From positions 51,120-115,119 of the forward strand of contig JBBSVO010000003.1 in the NCBI GenBank assembly GCA_038046805.1: 64,000 nucleotides of DNA. Direction: 5' to 3'. The notes below the pieces were generated by a model. The model had not been told where the DNA came from, made no database searches, and saw nothing but the letters and a program-made list of their open reading frames with translations. The DNA comes from Candidatus Micrarchaeota archaeon. Lineage in GTDB: Archaea > Micrarchaeota > Micrarchaeia > Anstonellales > Bilamarchaeaceae. Positions 27,106 through 38,200 of the stretch are shown here, piece by piece (within the stretch, counting starts at the first letter, position 1; each line of letters opens with the position of its first letter). The position numbers and the translations under genes were made by a program.

Positions 27106-28833
27106 ATGACGATTGCTCGAATGCAAGAAGTGGCAGATAAACCAACAATAATGCCAAGGTTATATGCCGTACCTGGGTACGAAACGATCCAAAAACTAAC
27201 GTCCCTTAACCACCTGATGAAGGAACTTGGGGAAACCAGCCTTGCCCACCTTAGACATATCACCAGGACAGGAAATGACGAATTTTATGGACATATAGGC
27301 GTCCCGACAGGTGAAAAAAGGCAGATAAAATTACAACGGGGGATCCACGGGCAATATCTTATTGATGAAACAGATGCTGATTATTTGCGGCAACAGCGAC
27401 AGCTTAGAAAATTAGGATATACTAGCTGGAGCGACACGAAAAGAGCTATTAGCGCAGCGCTTCCGGACGGGATGAAGGAACTTCCAAAAAGCATGCTTGA
27501 GGAACGGATTACATGCCAGGGAAGGGTATCGAAGTTGAACTATCCCGTATTGTCAAAAAGGGGAAAGGATACTTGCATAGTCCTGTTGAGGCTGACCAAC
27601 GAACTTTTTTTAAGAAATGAAGACGCGGAATTCATAATCAGGGAAGAGGTAAGGAGAAGAACGAAATTTGTTTCTTTTGCCGATGTTGCGAAAACGCTCA
27701 GCGTGACGCTTAGGACAATTCACAACTGGGCACATACTGGCAAAATCAGCTGGGTCAGATACGGCGAGGATATGTTTATGTGCAGGCAAGATGCAACCAG
27801 GCTGTCAGAACAGGATGCTCGGATCACGGCCGCAATGCCGCATAAACAAATGGGGGTGGCACAGGCTTTTGCAGCAGTTGGCATTACGATCAGTAGTTAT
27901 GGAAAAGATATTACAACCATTGACGGGCAACGATATTACTTATACGAACATATCAATACTGGCGGTAAAGTAGCGGTGCGCAGGATACCCTTAACCCTGG
28001 GAAGCGACCATAAATTATATATGCCAAAATCCGACGCTGATTATATCAGGGACAGGGAACGCGAGGCTTCAATGTGGTTTACATCCAAGCGTTTTTGTGA
28101 AACCCTTGGAATCTCTCCAGGGAAAGTAACCGCAAGTGCCACCCCGAAAGAAAGAAAACTACGCTTTTACGTCGGGCGTGGGATATATCTGGAACTTGAT
28201 TACGTCATACATAGAGACGGGATACTGATTAAACCAGATGATGTCTGTGCGCTTGCGCGCGTTATTAACACTCTTGGAAATGGTTGCAAAAGGTTTGAAT
28301 CAATCAGATATGCCCACGAATTGCTGGAAGAACATCTTGAAATTTTAGAACCTTCAAAAGGCATTTTGCGACTTGGTGAGCGAGTTCTCAGGTATGAATT
28401 AGGCGAGGTTTTGAAAATAGATTTTCAGAATTTCGGGGTTCCTTTTATGAAAATAAAACCTGCTGGCTCCGAACAGCCCGAAATCGTATTTGGAAGGGAA
28501 GGCGCTGAACTCGCCAGCCTTTATGTTGGCCTGATGCGCGACCATAGACTGGCTTCAGATCTGGTCATGTCGGTATTTGATGCGGTCAATGGAACGAACG
28601 GAAACGAATATGCACCAAGAAGATTAACCGATTTTCAGAAAGCAGTCGCATGGATTGCGAGATTTGCTTATATGGTCAGGAACGGTTCGAAGCACCCATG
28701 GTTCGAAGCAGTTGATAACATTGCGCATGATTCTCCTTTGCAGACAAGAATTTATGACCCAGGCGTGCCTGATAAATTTGTTTTCAAAAGATTAACCAGT
28801 GATGGGACTGCGAGAAAGGATTCCGATGGATAG
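27106..28833 (+). CDS. Hypothetical protein with tandem Xis/MerR-like HTH modules
   Basis: SFADVAKTLSVTLRTIHNWAHTGKI and recurring hxxxDAxY/F wing motif. Confidence 0.7.
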   Translation: MTIARMQEVADKPTIMPRLYAVPGYETIQKLTSLNHLMKELGETSLAHLRHITRTGNDEFYGHIGVPTGEKRQIKLQRGIHGQYLIDETDADYLRQQRQLRKLGYTSWSDTKRAISAALPDGMKELPKSMLEERITCQGRVSKLNYPVLSKRGKDTCIVLLRLTNELFLRNEDAEFIIREEVRRRTKFVSFADVAKTLSVTLRTIHNWAHTGKISWVRYGEDMFMCRQDATRLSEQDARITAAMPHKQMGVAQAFAAVGITISSYGKDITTIDGQRYYLYEHINTGGKVAVRRIPLTLGSDHKLYMPKSDADYIRDREREASMWFTSKRFCETLGISPGKVTASATPKERKLRFYVGRGIYLELDYVIHRDGILIKPDDVCALARVINTLGNGCKRFESIRYAHELLEEHLEILEPSKGILRLGERVLRYELGEVLKIDFQNFGVPFMKIKPAGSEQPEIVFGREGAELASLYVGLMRDHRLASDLVMSVFDAVNGTNGNEYAPRRLTDFQKAVAWIARFAYMVRNGSKHPWFEAVDNIAHDSPLQTRIYDPGVPDKFVFKRLTSDGTARKDSDG

Positions 28834-28841
28834 GAGTGAAC

Positions 28842-28869
28842 CTCCCACGCAGCAAGCTGCTGGGAATTC
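28842..28869. repeat. IS200/IS605-end-like palindrome remnant
   Basis: CCCA-C-GCAGC-AA-GCTGC-TGGGAATT between convergent genes. Confidence 0.45.
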
Positions 28870-28888
28870 GAGAGATTAGACACCAGGG

Positions 28889-30790
28889 TTATTTCAGCCT
28901 AACCGCTTCCAGATCAGCCAAACTTCTTCCATCTTTTCTAAGCATTGCTGCAGCTGAACGAGCAAATTCCTCGGTCTTTCCCCAATCACCATGCATTGTA
29001 TAAACATGCTCAGGAGTCGGTCGAAGATTTTTAAGATAAGCCATAAGCTGAGACCTATCTGAATGTCCTGAAAATCCTTCAACTGTTTCAACGCTCATGT
29101 TAACATTTAGGATTTTCGTCCTGCCGTCATCCCCTGCAATTGGAATTTCCTTCAGGCCTTTTTGCAGCTTTGCACCAAGCGAAAGCGCAGACTGGTAACC
29201 AACAAATACAAGGGCATTCTTTGCGTCGTCGGCAAGCAACTTTAGATATTCATACGAAGGCCCGCCGCTAAGCATACCAGATGGAGCAAGAATAATAGAC
29301 GGTTCATCACCGGTTGCGATTCCCTCCTTGTCGCTGCCTTTCGCAACTTTTATCATGGACGATTCAAACGGACTGTTGTTTGAAAGAATCCTTCGCTGCA
29401 CCTGTTCCCGCAAGTATTCGGGATAAGCAGTATGAATTGCAGATGCCTCAAGAACCATTCCATCTATGTAGACAGGAACATTGAAGTCTGGATTTCTCCT
29501 ATAATAATCTTCAAGAACAAGCATTATTTCCTGGCTTCGTCCTACTGCAAAAACAGGAATGAGAACCTTTCCGCGTTTTGCAATCGTATCCTTCATTACG
29601 TTAACCAGACGGGTTTCCATGTCAACGCGATTTGGCATAATATCTGCACGACCACCATACGTACTTTCTATAAAAACCGTTTCTACACGCGGGAAGACCG
29701 TATTCGCAGGCTCAAATAGTTTTGTGAATCCAAATTTCATGTCTCCAGTATAAACAAGATTATGCATTCCTTCTCCGATATGAAGATGAACCATGGCACT
29801 TCCAAGAATGTGACCTGCATTATAAAGAGTCATTTTTATTTCAGGAGTGATATCCACTACTTCCCCATAATCTATTGTAATAACGTGCCTCAATTCTGTT
29901 TGGATGTCCTTTTTGGAATACGGCGGCTCCATTCCAAACGTTTTTTTTGCAAGATTGATATAATCCTGCTGAAGAAGAACCATGATGTCCCGCGTAGGTG
30001 GTGTGCAATACACCGGACCATCATATCCATATTCATATAGATAAGGAACAAACCCCATGTGGTCCATGTGACCATGACTTATGACTACTGCATCAAGCTG
30101 GTCAAGCGGAAAACCAAGCATGTTAAGATATGGGTAAGCTCTTGTTGGATCGCCAGTTGCTGTATTTACACCGCAATCCAGAAGAACCTTGCTGTTTGGA
30201 GTCTGGATAAGAAAACACGAACGCCCTATTTCCTTGAAAGCACCTAGACAAAGTGCACGTAGCCAGTCGCTGGATGAAATAGGTTGGCAGATTTTTCTCC
30301 CAACATTCACCAGGAATTTCTTTCTATCAACCGCATCACCTATTATAGATTTGCGAACTCCGTCCAGGGTTGAAGATGGCATTGTCGGAGCGCGAAGGGC
30401 AACTGCTGCCCAACCGGTGCGAAGCATTATTTCTTTTAAGACAGAACCTCCCTTTCCAATTACGAGACCTGGCTTAAGGGCTTCCACGTGCATCTCGGAA
30501 AACTCTGGATTAGGCATGATATTTCTTATTCCTGCATCCGCTGGAACAAGCTCTTCTATGATTTTCTTTGCATCTTCAATTGGAAGAAGTGCAGATGCAT
30601 CAACACGTACAACAATTTTCTTTTTCAGAGAACCGGCAAGCTGCCGTATCAACTGATCATTCTGGTAAAATGCCTTAATGTTTTTTATGTAAATAGCAGT
30701 AACCAGGCCTTCTGGCTCAACCTTCGTAACCTGACATTCTTTTGGCATAAGCTCAATAACTGTTTTTTCTATATCTTTATAGTGCAACAA
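28889..30790 (-). CDS. fttA: aCPSF1/FttA beta-CASP ribonuclease, transcription termination factor
   Basis: Two KH domains (PGLVIGKGG), HGHMDH, AGHILG, FSGHSD. TTG start after GGTGA. Confidence 0.95.
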   Translation of the reverse strand: MLHYKDIEKTVIELMPKECQVTKVEPEGLVTAIYIKNIKAFYQNDQLIRQLAGSLKKKIVVRVDASALLPIEDAKKIIEELVPADAGIRNIMPNPEFSEMHVEALKPGLVIGKGGSVLKEIMLRTGWAAVALRAPTMPSSTLDGVRKSIIGDAVDRKKFLVNVGRKICQPISSSDWLRALCLGAFKEIGRSCFLIQTPNSKVLLDCGVNTATGDPTRAYPYLNMLGFPLDQLDAVVISHGHMDHMGFVPYLYEYGYDGPVYCTPPTRDIMVLLQQDYINLAKKTFGMEPPYSKKDIQTELRHVITIDYGEVVDITPEIKMTLYNAGHILGSAMVHLHIGEGMHNLVYTGDMKFGFTKLFEPANTVFPRVETVFIESTYGGRADIMPNRVDMETRLVNVMKDTIAKRGKVLIPVFAVGRSQEIMLVLEDYYRRNPDFNVPVYIDGMVLEASAIHTAYPEYLREQVQRRILSNNSPFESSMIKVAKGSDKEGIATGDEPSIILAPSGMLSGGPSYEYLKLLADDAKNALVFVGYQSALSLGAKLQKGLKEIPIAGDDGRTKILNVNMSVETVEGFSGHSDRSQLMAYLKNLRPTPEHVYTMHGDWGKTEEFARSAAAMLRKDGRSLADLEAVRLK

Positions 30791-30953
30791 AATCACCTTT
30801 CTTTGTATATTGTCTCTAATTATTTTGGAGGAACAAAACTCAAACAAATCCGAACAAACGTGCGGAAAAAATAAATAATAAAAGAAAAAGCGCAGATAAA
30901 TGCGCGCAAAAAAGAAAAACAAACGCGAAATGCGAGACCCGAAACGCAAAACT

Positions 30954-31604
30954 CTACGCTCCGAGAATGGTTTTTATCTCGTGCTTGTCATATCTCCTGA
31001 ATCCGTTTTTAGTTATCAACACCAGGTCAACGCGTTCCCCGCTTGCAGCATCACGCTTCATTGCAGCAGCAACAGATTTTGCTGCGATTCGCAAATTATC
31101 ATCGATGCTCTCGTCTTCCTTGTAAAGCTCTTCCAGAACACCATATGCGATTGGAGAACCGCTTCCGGTTGAAGTGAATTTTTCCTCTGTCACACCACCA
31201 AGCATATCAACGCTGAAAAGTCTTCCTTTTCCAGTCTCGTCAACTCCGCCGATAATCAGCTGGACAAAGAATGGATAAAACTTGTAATTTGCAAGAATAT
31301 TGGAGAGAAGTGTAGCAGCAGCTTCCACGGATGGACGCTTGTCATTTCTAAGTTTGTATAACTTGAGTTCAGAGGTCATCCAGCGTACAAGTGACTGCGC
31401 ATCCCCAACGCCACCTGCGATAGTCATGGCGATGTGATCATCAATTGCATAAATCTTATCGATATCCTTACTTGCAATCAAGTAACCCATTGTCGCCCGT
31501 CTATCCGAAGCAAGAACAATTCCGTCCTTGCACACAAGACCGACAGTCGTGGTTCCAGTTTGCACTATTTTATCCCTTTCGTCCTTACTCAAGTCTCTAT
31601 CCAT
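30954..31604 (-). CDS. psmB: Proteasome beta subunit
   Basis: Propeptide then TG/TTTVG, DRRAT, GSGS. Confidence 0.97.
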   Translation of the reverse strand: MDRDLSKDERDKIVQTGTTTVGLVCKDGIVLASDRRATMGYLIASKDIDKIYAIDDHIAMTIAGGVGDAQSLVRWMTSELKLYKLRNDKRPSVEAAATLLSNILANYKFYPFFVQLIIGGVDETGKGRLFSVDMLGGVTEEKFTSTGSGSPIAYGVLEELYKEDESIDDNLRIAAKSVAAAMKRDAASGERVDLVLITKNGFRRYDKHEIKTILGA

Positions 31605-31685
31605 CAATAATCACCTGGGAGAATAAGCTATAACCATATGTGAAGGGGAATATTTAAATATGTTGGGGGAGCTCTTCGAACTTAA

Positions 31686-32684
31686 TTAACGGCATGCGTT
31701 GGCCGAACAAAGCAAAAGTTTCGTACTTGATCTCCTTCTCTTTTCTACTGAAAAGTCCAGGCCAGTCTGTGAACTGGTGGATTCTAGGTAAACTTGGAGC
31801 ATTGTCTCGCGTACATCTGCCGAGGCGATGTGTTTTATCAGATCAAATGCGGACGTAAAAACCTCATCCACAAAACTTTCTGCCTCATGCGCATCAAAAT
31901 CACAAATCGTATGATTCTCTGCGTCAGTAAATTTGCCATCAACAAGACGATTATCGTCAATGGATCCTATGCTGACTAACCTCCTGCCTTTCCTCGCAAG
32001 CTGAACCTGTGCCCTTACTACAGTTGCATTGATTTCGGCATACACACGGGCTAGATTTACTAATGAAACTATACTCATTTCATCAAACACCTGGAAATTC
32101 CGTTCGCTCATGCGCACATTGGTATTGTATGCACGCACAAGCTGACCAAACCGAAACCTTCTTTTTGTTTCAGCATCCATGCAAACACGCAGATTAAGAG
32201 CCCCTGGGAACGGATTCACAGCAACATGCGGAATCTGCGGAATTCCAAACCATGGCAGTATCAAATCAGAAAATTCTGCACGTGCTTTCAATAATCCCAG
32301 CACGCCCCATGGCCTTCGAAATATCGGATCGCCTATATGGGTCGGTCTCCACTCTGTTATAGGGTCATACCATTTGCCAGGGCACATAAGCTGCTCGTAG
32401 TCTGCATCCGCGCCTGCGCCTTTGAAGTTGAGTATGGCATATTCTCTACCTTCGTGCTCAAATGATTCATCCAAAAGGATATCAAGACCTTTGCCCCTTC
32501 TGAACACGCGCATAAGCACGATTTCATAATCCGAAGATTTGAGATCCTGTGCATAACGTGGATGAACAAGCACGCAATCCTGAAGCTTTTCACCGCGCAC
32601 GGGAATTTTCGCAATTGGCATGAGTTTGGTTTCTATGAGTGCCGGATGCCCGAAATGTCTTGTTATGGCAGTGCCTGAGTACAT
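31686..32684 (-). CDS. Hypothetical protein, possible SelO/atypical kinase-like fold
   Basis: LNFKGAG, WG.L....AEF, VRA..TNVR and GS.DDN....FTD in SelO-like order. Confidence 0.5.
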   Translation of the reverse strand: MYSGTAITRHFGHPALIETKLMPIAKIPVRGEKLQDCVLVHPRYAQDLKSSDYEIVLMRVFRRGKGLDILLDESFEHEGREYAILNFKGAGADADYEQLMCPGKWYDPITEWRPTHIGDPIFRRPWGVLGLLKARAEFSDLILPWFGIPQIPHVAVNPFPGALNLRVCMDAETKRRFRFGQLVRAYNTNVRMSERNFQVFDEMSIVSLVNLARVYAEINATVVRAQVQLARKGRRLVSIGSIDDNRLVDGKFTDAENHTICDFDAHEAESFVDEVFTSAFDLIKHIASADVRETMLQVYLESTSSQTGLDFSVEKRRRSSTKLLLCSANACR

Positions 32685-32987
32685 ATCAAAATATCGGTAT
32701 GTTTTGAGAGGGACTATGCTGTGAACCATAAATACAAACCAGATAAATAATTAAACGAAGTAATTAAATAACCATATTTTATAACTCCATTTTAGGCTAA
32801 GATAAATGCTGGAAAAAAAGGAAGGAAGGAAAAAAACACTGGTATTTAAACCCTTTTTTACATAGTATTTTTGTTGAAAGACAGATTAGATTAAACCCAT
32901 AATTTACGACGATAAAAATTAACACTGATGAGACTTAGAAATTTACAAGGTTTAGTGTTAATATTGAACAACAAAATTGATGATAAT

Positions 32988-34904
32988 ATGGTTGATGAAC
33001 TAGACTCCTATACAGCAAAAGACATCCAGGTTCTGGAAGGATTAGAAGGGGTCAGGAAACGCCCTGCAATGTACATAGGCGACACCGGAAAACGGGGCCT
33101 CCATCACCTGGTTTATGAAATAGTGGATAATTCCATAGACGAAAGCCTTGCGGGATATTGTAAAAATATAGCGATTACGATCTATAAGGACGGCTCGGTA
33201 AGCATAAAGGACGACGGCAGGGGAATACCAACCGGAATCCACCCCCAGACTGGCAAATCAGCGCTGGAAACAATATCATTAACACTGCACGCAGGCGGAA
33301 AATTCGAAAAAAATGTTTACAAGGTAAGCGGAGGACTGCACGGAGTTGGCATGTCTGTAGTAAATGCACTTAGTGAAAGAATGGAAATTGAAGTCCACAG
33401 GGATGGAAAACAATTCAATCAAAGTTGTGCATATGGAAAGCTTGTTTCTCATGCAAAGGAAGTCGGGGCAACTACATACCGTGGAACGATAGTGCGATTC
33501 AAACCCGATGCAAAAATATTTTCAGTAACAGACTTTGATTTTGAATACTTGAAAGAAAGGTTTATGGAACTAGGATTCCTGAATCCTCAGATAACGATCG
33601 TATTTCGGGACGAAAGACCAGCACCAGAGCAGCCAGTGAGAGAAGAGATATTTCATTTCGAAGGTGGGATAAAGGCATTTGTAGAGCATCTTAACCGACT
33701 CAAGAATAAGATGCACCCTGCGATATACTCTGAAAAAAAGGCAGATGGAATTGAATGCGAATTCGCACTCCAGTATAATGATACATATACCGATAATATT
33801 TACAGTTTCGTAAATGACATAAAAACCATTGAGGGCGGAACTCATGAGATTGGATTCAGAGCCGCACTCACCCGCGCATTAAATGAATACGCCCGCAGCG
33901 GAAAAATGATAAAGGATGAAAGCAAAAGAATAACCGGCGATGATGCAATTGAAGGAATTACTGCGGTTATATCTGTTAAAATTCCTGAGCCGCAATTTGA
34001 AGGCCAGACAAAAACAAAGCTAGGGAACAGCGAGGTCAAGGGAATTGTTGACAGCATCGTATACGAATCACTTAAGACATTTTTTGATGAAAACCCCGGA
34101 CCAGCAAAAATAATACTCCACAAGGCACTTAGTTCATTAGAGGCAAGAGAAGCCGCACAAAAAGCAAAGGATTTGATACGCAGAAAAAATATATTTGAAA
34201 CTAGTATACTTCCTGGAAAGCTTGCGGACTGTGAGGAAGAGGATCCTGCAAAATCCGAATTGTTCTTGGTGGAGGGCGACTCAGCCGGAGGGTCATTAAA
34301 ATCTGCAAGAGATAGAAGAACTCAGGCCGTGCTCCCGTTACGAGGTAAAATTCTGAATGTGGAAAAGGCACCTCTTCCAAAGGTTCTAACAAGCGAGGAG
34401 ATAAAGGCGATTATACTTTCTCTCGGATGCGGATTTGGAGAAGACTTTAATATAGAAAAAATCAGATACCATAAAATTGTTATTGCAACTGATGCGGATG
34501 TTGACGGAGCTCACATCAGAACGCTTCTTCTTACGTTATTCTATAGGTATTTCAGAAAGATCGTTGAAGCAGGATATATCTACATTGCGCACCCGCCATT
34601 GTACAAGCTTTGGAAAGGAAAGGTAGTGCAATATGCGTATGGTGATGCAGAAAAGGACCGGATCGTACGGGAAATGGGCGAGAGCGGACTTAACATCCAG
34701 CGCTACAAAGGTCTTGGTGAAATGAACCCGGACCAATTATGGGATACTACGATTAATCCAGAAAACAGGATGCTGATGAAAGTAACAATTGAAGATGCGA
34801 TAAGGGCAGACGAACTATTCACAATATTAATGGGCGAGGAAGTTGAGCCAAGAAGGAAATTCATAGAGAATTATGCGAAAGAGGTGAAGAATCTTGACAT
34901 ATAA
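32988..34904 (+). CDS. gyrB: DNA gyrase subunit B
   Basis: VRKRPAMYIG, EIVDNSIDE, EGDSAGG, PLRGK, DADVDG, YKGLGEM. Confidence 0.98.
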   Translation: MVDELDSYTAKDIQVLEGLEGVRKRPAMYIGDTGKRGLHHLVYEIVDNSIDESLAGYCKNIAITIYKDGSVSIKDDGRGIPTGIHPQTGKSALETISLTLHAGGKFEKNVYKVSGGLHGVGMSVVNALSERMEIEVHRDGKQFNQSCAYGKLVSHAKEVGATTYRGTIVRFKPDAKIFSVTDFDFEYLKERFMELGFLNPQITIVFRDERPAPEQPVREEIFHFEGGIKAFVEHLNRLKNKMHPAIYSEKKADGIECEFALQYNDTYTDNIYSFVNDIKTIEGGTHEIGFRAALTRALNEYARSGKMIKDESKRITGDDAIEGITAVISVKIPEPQFEGQTKTKLGNSEVKGIVDSIVYESLKTFFDENPGPAKIILHKALSSLEAREAAQKAKDLIRRKNIFETSILPGKLADCEEEDPAKSELFLVEGDSAGGSLKSARDRRTQAVLPLRGKILNVEKAPLPKVLTSEEIKAIILSLGCGFGEDFNIEKIRYHKIVIATDADVDGAHIRTLLLTLFYRYFRKIVEAGYIYIAHPPLYKLWKGKVVQYAYGDAEKDRIVREMGESGLNIQRYKGLGEMNPDQLWDTTINPENRMLMKVTIEDAIRADELFTILMGEEVEPRRKFIENYAKEVKNLDI

Positions 34905-35247
34905 CGCAGTTTTATTTGTGCTGGGAGTTGGTGCAATAATACTATCGGCAGTAATAGCAGTATATGGTGAAATGATTTTTGGAGTTTATGAAATGATGAT
35001 AGATGCCGAGGGAGCCCCATGCGAAAAACTTCCTTCAATTAGTGACGCTGAAAAGATTATAGAAGAACATAATGAAACATTTAAAAAAATTGAAAGTCTC
35101 TCACAAAATGTTGAGATACGTACAGAACGTTGTGAAGGAAAGGCAGTAATATTTATAAATTACGGCGCAAAGGCAGAGCGAGATTCTATAAAAAATATGA
35201 TGGGGGACACGTTTTTCGGAATACCATATACGATGCATAATGTTTAG
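34894..35247 (+). CDS. Small membrane-anchored hypothetical protein
   Basis: N-terminal TM segment, fills the gyrB-gyrA gap, TTG start. Confidence 0.7.
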   Translation: MTYNAVLFVLGVGAIILSAVIAVYGEMIFGVYEMMIDAEGAPCEKLPSISDAEKIIEEHNETFKKIESLSQNVEIRTERCEGKAVIFINYGAKAERDSIKNMMGDTFFGIPYTMHNV

Positions 35248-35273
35248 ACAATAGCGATTGTTGTGTGATGTTG

Positions 35274-38200
35274 ATGGCAGAAAAAATTGAAGAACGGCCG
35301 ATTGAAAACGACATGCGCGAGTCATACATGGACTATGCAATGAGCGTTATTGTTGGCCGTGCGATTCCGGATGTGTGTGATGGACTAAAACCAGTGCACA
35401 GAAGAATTCTTTTCGGAATGTACGAATTGAGCAACACCCACGATAAGCAATACAAAAAAAGTGCCAGAATAGTCGGGGAAATTTTGGGTAAATTTCATCC
35501 ACATGGAGACGTAGCGATTTATGACACACTTGTTAGAATGGCCCAACCATTTAGCCTCAGATATCCTCTTGTTGATGGTCAAGGGAATTTTGGATGTTTC
35601 ACTAAAGATACAAAAGTCAGATTGGCGGATGGAAGAAGCTTAAGTTTTGAAGAACTAATCAAAGAAAATAACGATGGCAGAAAAAATTTTACATTTACGA
35701 TAGATGACACTGGCAACATAAAAATTGCAGAGATATTACGACCAAGATTAACCATCAAAGATGCTGAGGTAATGCAAATTGTTTTGGACAACGGAGAAGA
35801 AATCAAGTGTACTCTCAACCACAAATTTATGCTGCGTAACGGGGAATACAAGGAAGCCAAAGACCTTCGGATAGGAAACTCGCTAATGCCCTTATATACT
35901 AGATTATCTACGAAGGACGATGACCCAAATATAGCAAACTATGAAATGGTATTGCAGCCAATAAACGATAAATGGGATTACGTTCACCACATTTCAGATG
36001 CTTGGAATATTGAACATGCGATGTATGCAAAATCCGCTGGTAGGATCCGTCACCATCTTGATTTTAACAAACGGAATAATTACCCAAATAATATAAAAAG
36101 AATGAAATGGAAAGAACACTGGCAGATACATTATAGTTACGCTTCAGAAAAACACAAAAATGACGAAGATTATCGTGCAAAGTTAGCACAGGGAAGAAAG
36201 GAGTACTGGGCAAATCCAGAAAATAGAAAGAAACAGTCTGAGCGATATAGCAAGATAAACCGGGAAAGATGGCAGGTTCCAGAGTATAGGTTAAGAATGA
36301 TCAAAAATCTGAGTGAGATTAACAAAAGATATATCCAAACACATCCTGAAAAAAGAAAGGAACTTAGCGAAAGAGCTACAAAAACCCTGAAGCGACTGTG
36401 GCAAGATCCGGTTTACAGAAAATTTATTCATCAGAAAATCATTAATGGCAATAAAAATCATACTACTAACAGGACAGGGAGATTGAAATTTCTAAACATT
36501 TGTAGGCATCTCTTAAAACGCAATGAAGCTATTTGCGAGCAGAGTTATGAGAATGCACGAAAAATAGTATATCCATACGGACATGCTACTACATGGCTTA
36601 CAGGATTACTAAAGTATTTCAACAATGATCAAAACCTTGTCTTTTGTGAATTGAACAAAAATCACAAGATAGCAAAAATAGAATTTCTCGGAAAACGTGA
36701 AGACGTTTACGATTTAACAGTAGAAGGCACACACAACTTTGCTTTAGCGGCAGGAGTGTTCGTTCATAATTCAATTGATGGAGATAACGCTGCAGCTATG
36801 AGGTATACGGAGACGCGCATGAAAAAAATAGCAGAGGAAATGCTCTCCGACATTGACAAGGAAACAGTTGATTTCACCCCGAATTTTGACGGAACGCTTA
36901 AGGAGCCTATAGTACTTCCATCCCGCATTCCAAATCTTCTCATAAACGGTTCATCTGGAATTGCGGTAGGGATGGCAACGAATATTCCCCCTCACAATCT
37001 TGGGGAAATTTGCGATGCTGCTGCTGCGATAATTGATGGAGCAGACGAGGACGCGATAATTCACAGCATTACCGGACCGGATTTTCCTACAGGCGGGGTA
37101 ATTGTTGGAAAGGCCGGAATACATTCAGCATACAAAACAGGTAGAGGAATACTTCGCGTTCGCGGAAAGGCAGAGATTAAAGGGCAAAAAACAGGTGAAC
37201 CCGGGGAAACAAAATCAAAGGCTGCAAAGACCGTCATATCCATAACGGAAATTCCATATCAGGTTACAAAAACAGCGATCATTGAAAAAATAGCCGAGGC
37301 AGTGCGGGACAAAAGAATTGAAGGAATAAGCGGTGTGCACGACCGCTCGGACAAGGATGGACTAGAGGTAATCGTTGAACTTAAACGCGATGCAAATCCA
37401 GAAGTGGTGCTTAATCAGCTTTATGCACACACCCAGCTTGAAACCACATTTGGAATAATAAATCTGGTTCTTGTTGGAAAGGAACCAAAAGTTCTTGGAA
37501 TATACAAGATGCTCAAACAATTCGTTGAATTCAGAAAAGAGGTTGTAACAAAACGTTGTATATTTGAATTAAAGATCGCAGAAGAACGGGCACATATACT
37601 TGAAGGATTACGAAAGGCGCTTGAAAACATCGATGAGATAGTTCCATTCCTCAAAGGGTCCAAAGATGTCGCAGATGCACGCGCAGGACTTATGAGCAAA
37701 TATTCTCTTAGTGAAAAACAGGCAAATGCAATATTGGATATGAAACTGCAGAAACTCATATCGCTTGAACGAAAAAAGATCGATGATGAGTTTGCAGAAC
37801 TCCAGAAAACAATTTCATGGCTTAAAGACGTGCTTTCAGATGCTTTGAAAGTCCTGAAGATAATAAAGGACGAACTACTTGATATCAAACAAAAATACAA
37901 CGACAAACGAAGAACTGAGATAATCGAGGTCGAAGGTGAACGGACCACGGAAGCACTCATACCAAACGATGAAGTCGTGATAATGATAAGTAACCGAGGA
38001 TATGTGAAACGTGTGAGTCTTGACGAATACCGCTCTCAAAGAAGGGGTGGAAAAGGAGTTATCGGAGCTGAAACAAAAGAAGAGGACACAATAACAGACA
38101 TACTGGTTACGCGAAACCACAACTATCTTCTGATCTTCTCGGATAAAGGACGCGTTTACTGGATGAAAACATATGTGATTCCAGAAACTGGAAGATATTC

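Noticed and set aside
30189..30656. Track ORF labelled minus strand, and other antisense shadow ORFs (e.g. 37421-37960, 38156-38683, 57439-57999, 59767-60324)
   Set aside because: Their translations read as antisense shadows of well-supported genes, with no motifs
32730..32987. Replication origin in AT-rich gap
   Set aside because: No repeated ORB motifs or cdc6 gene nearby. Explained by divergent promoters.
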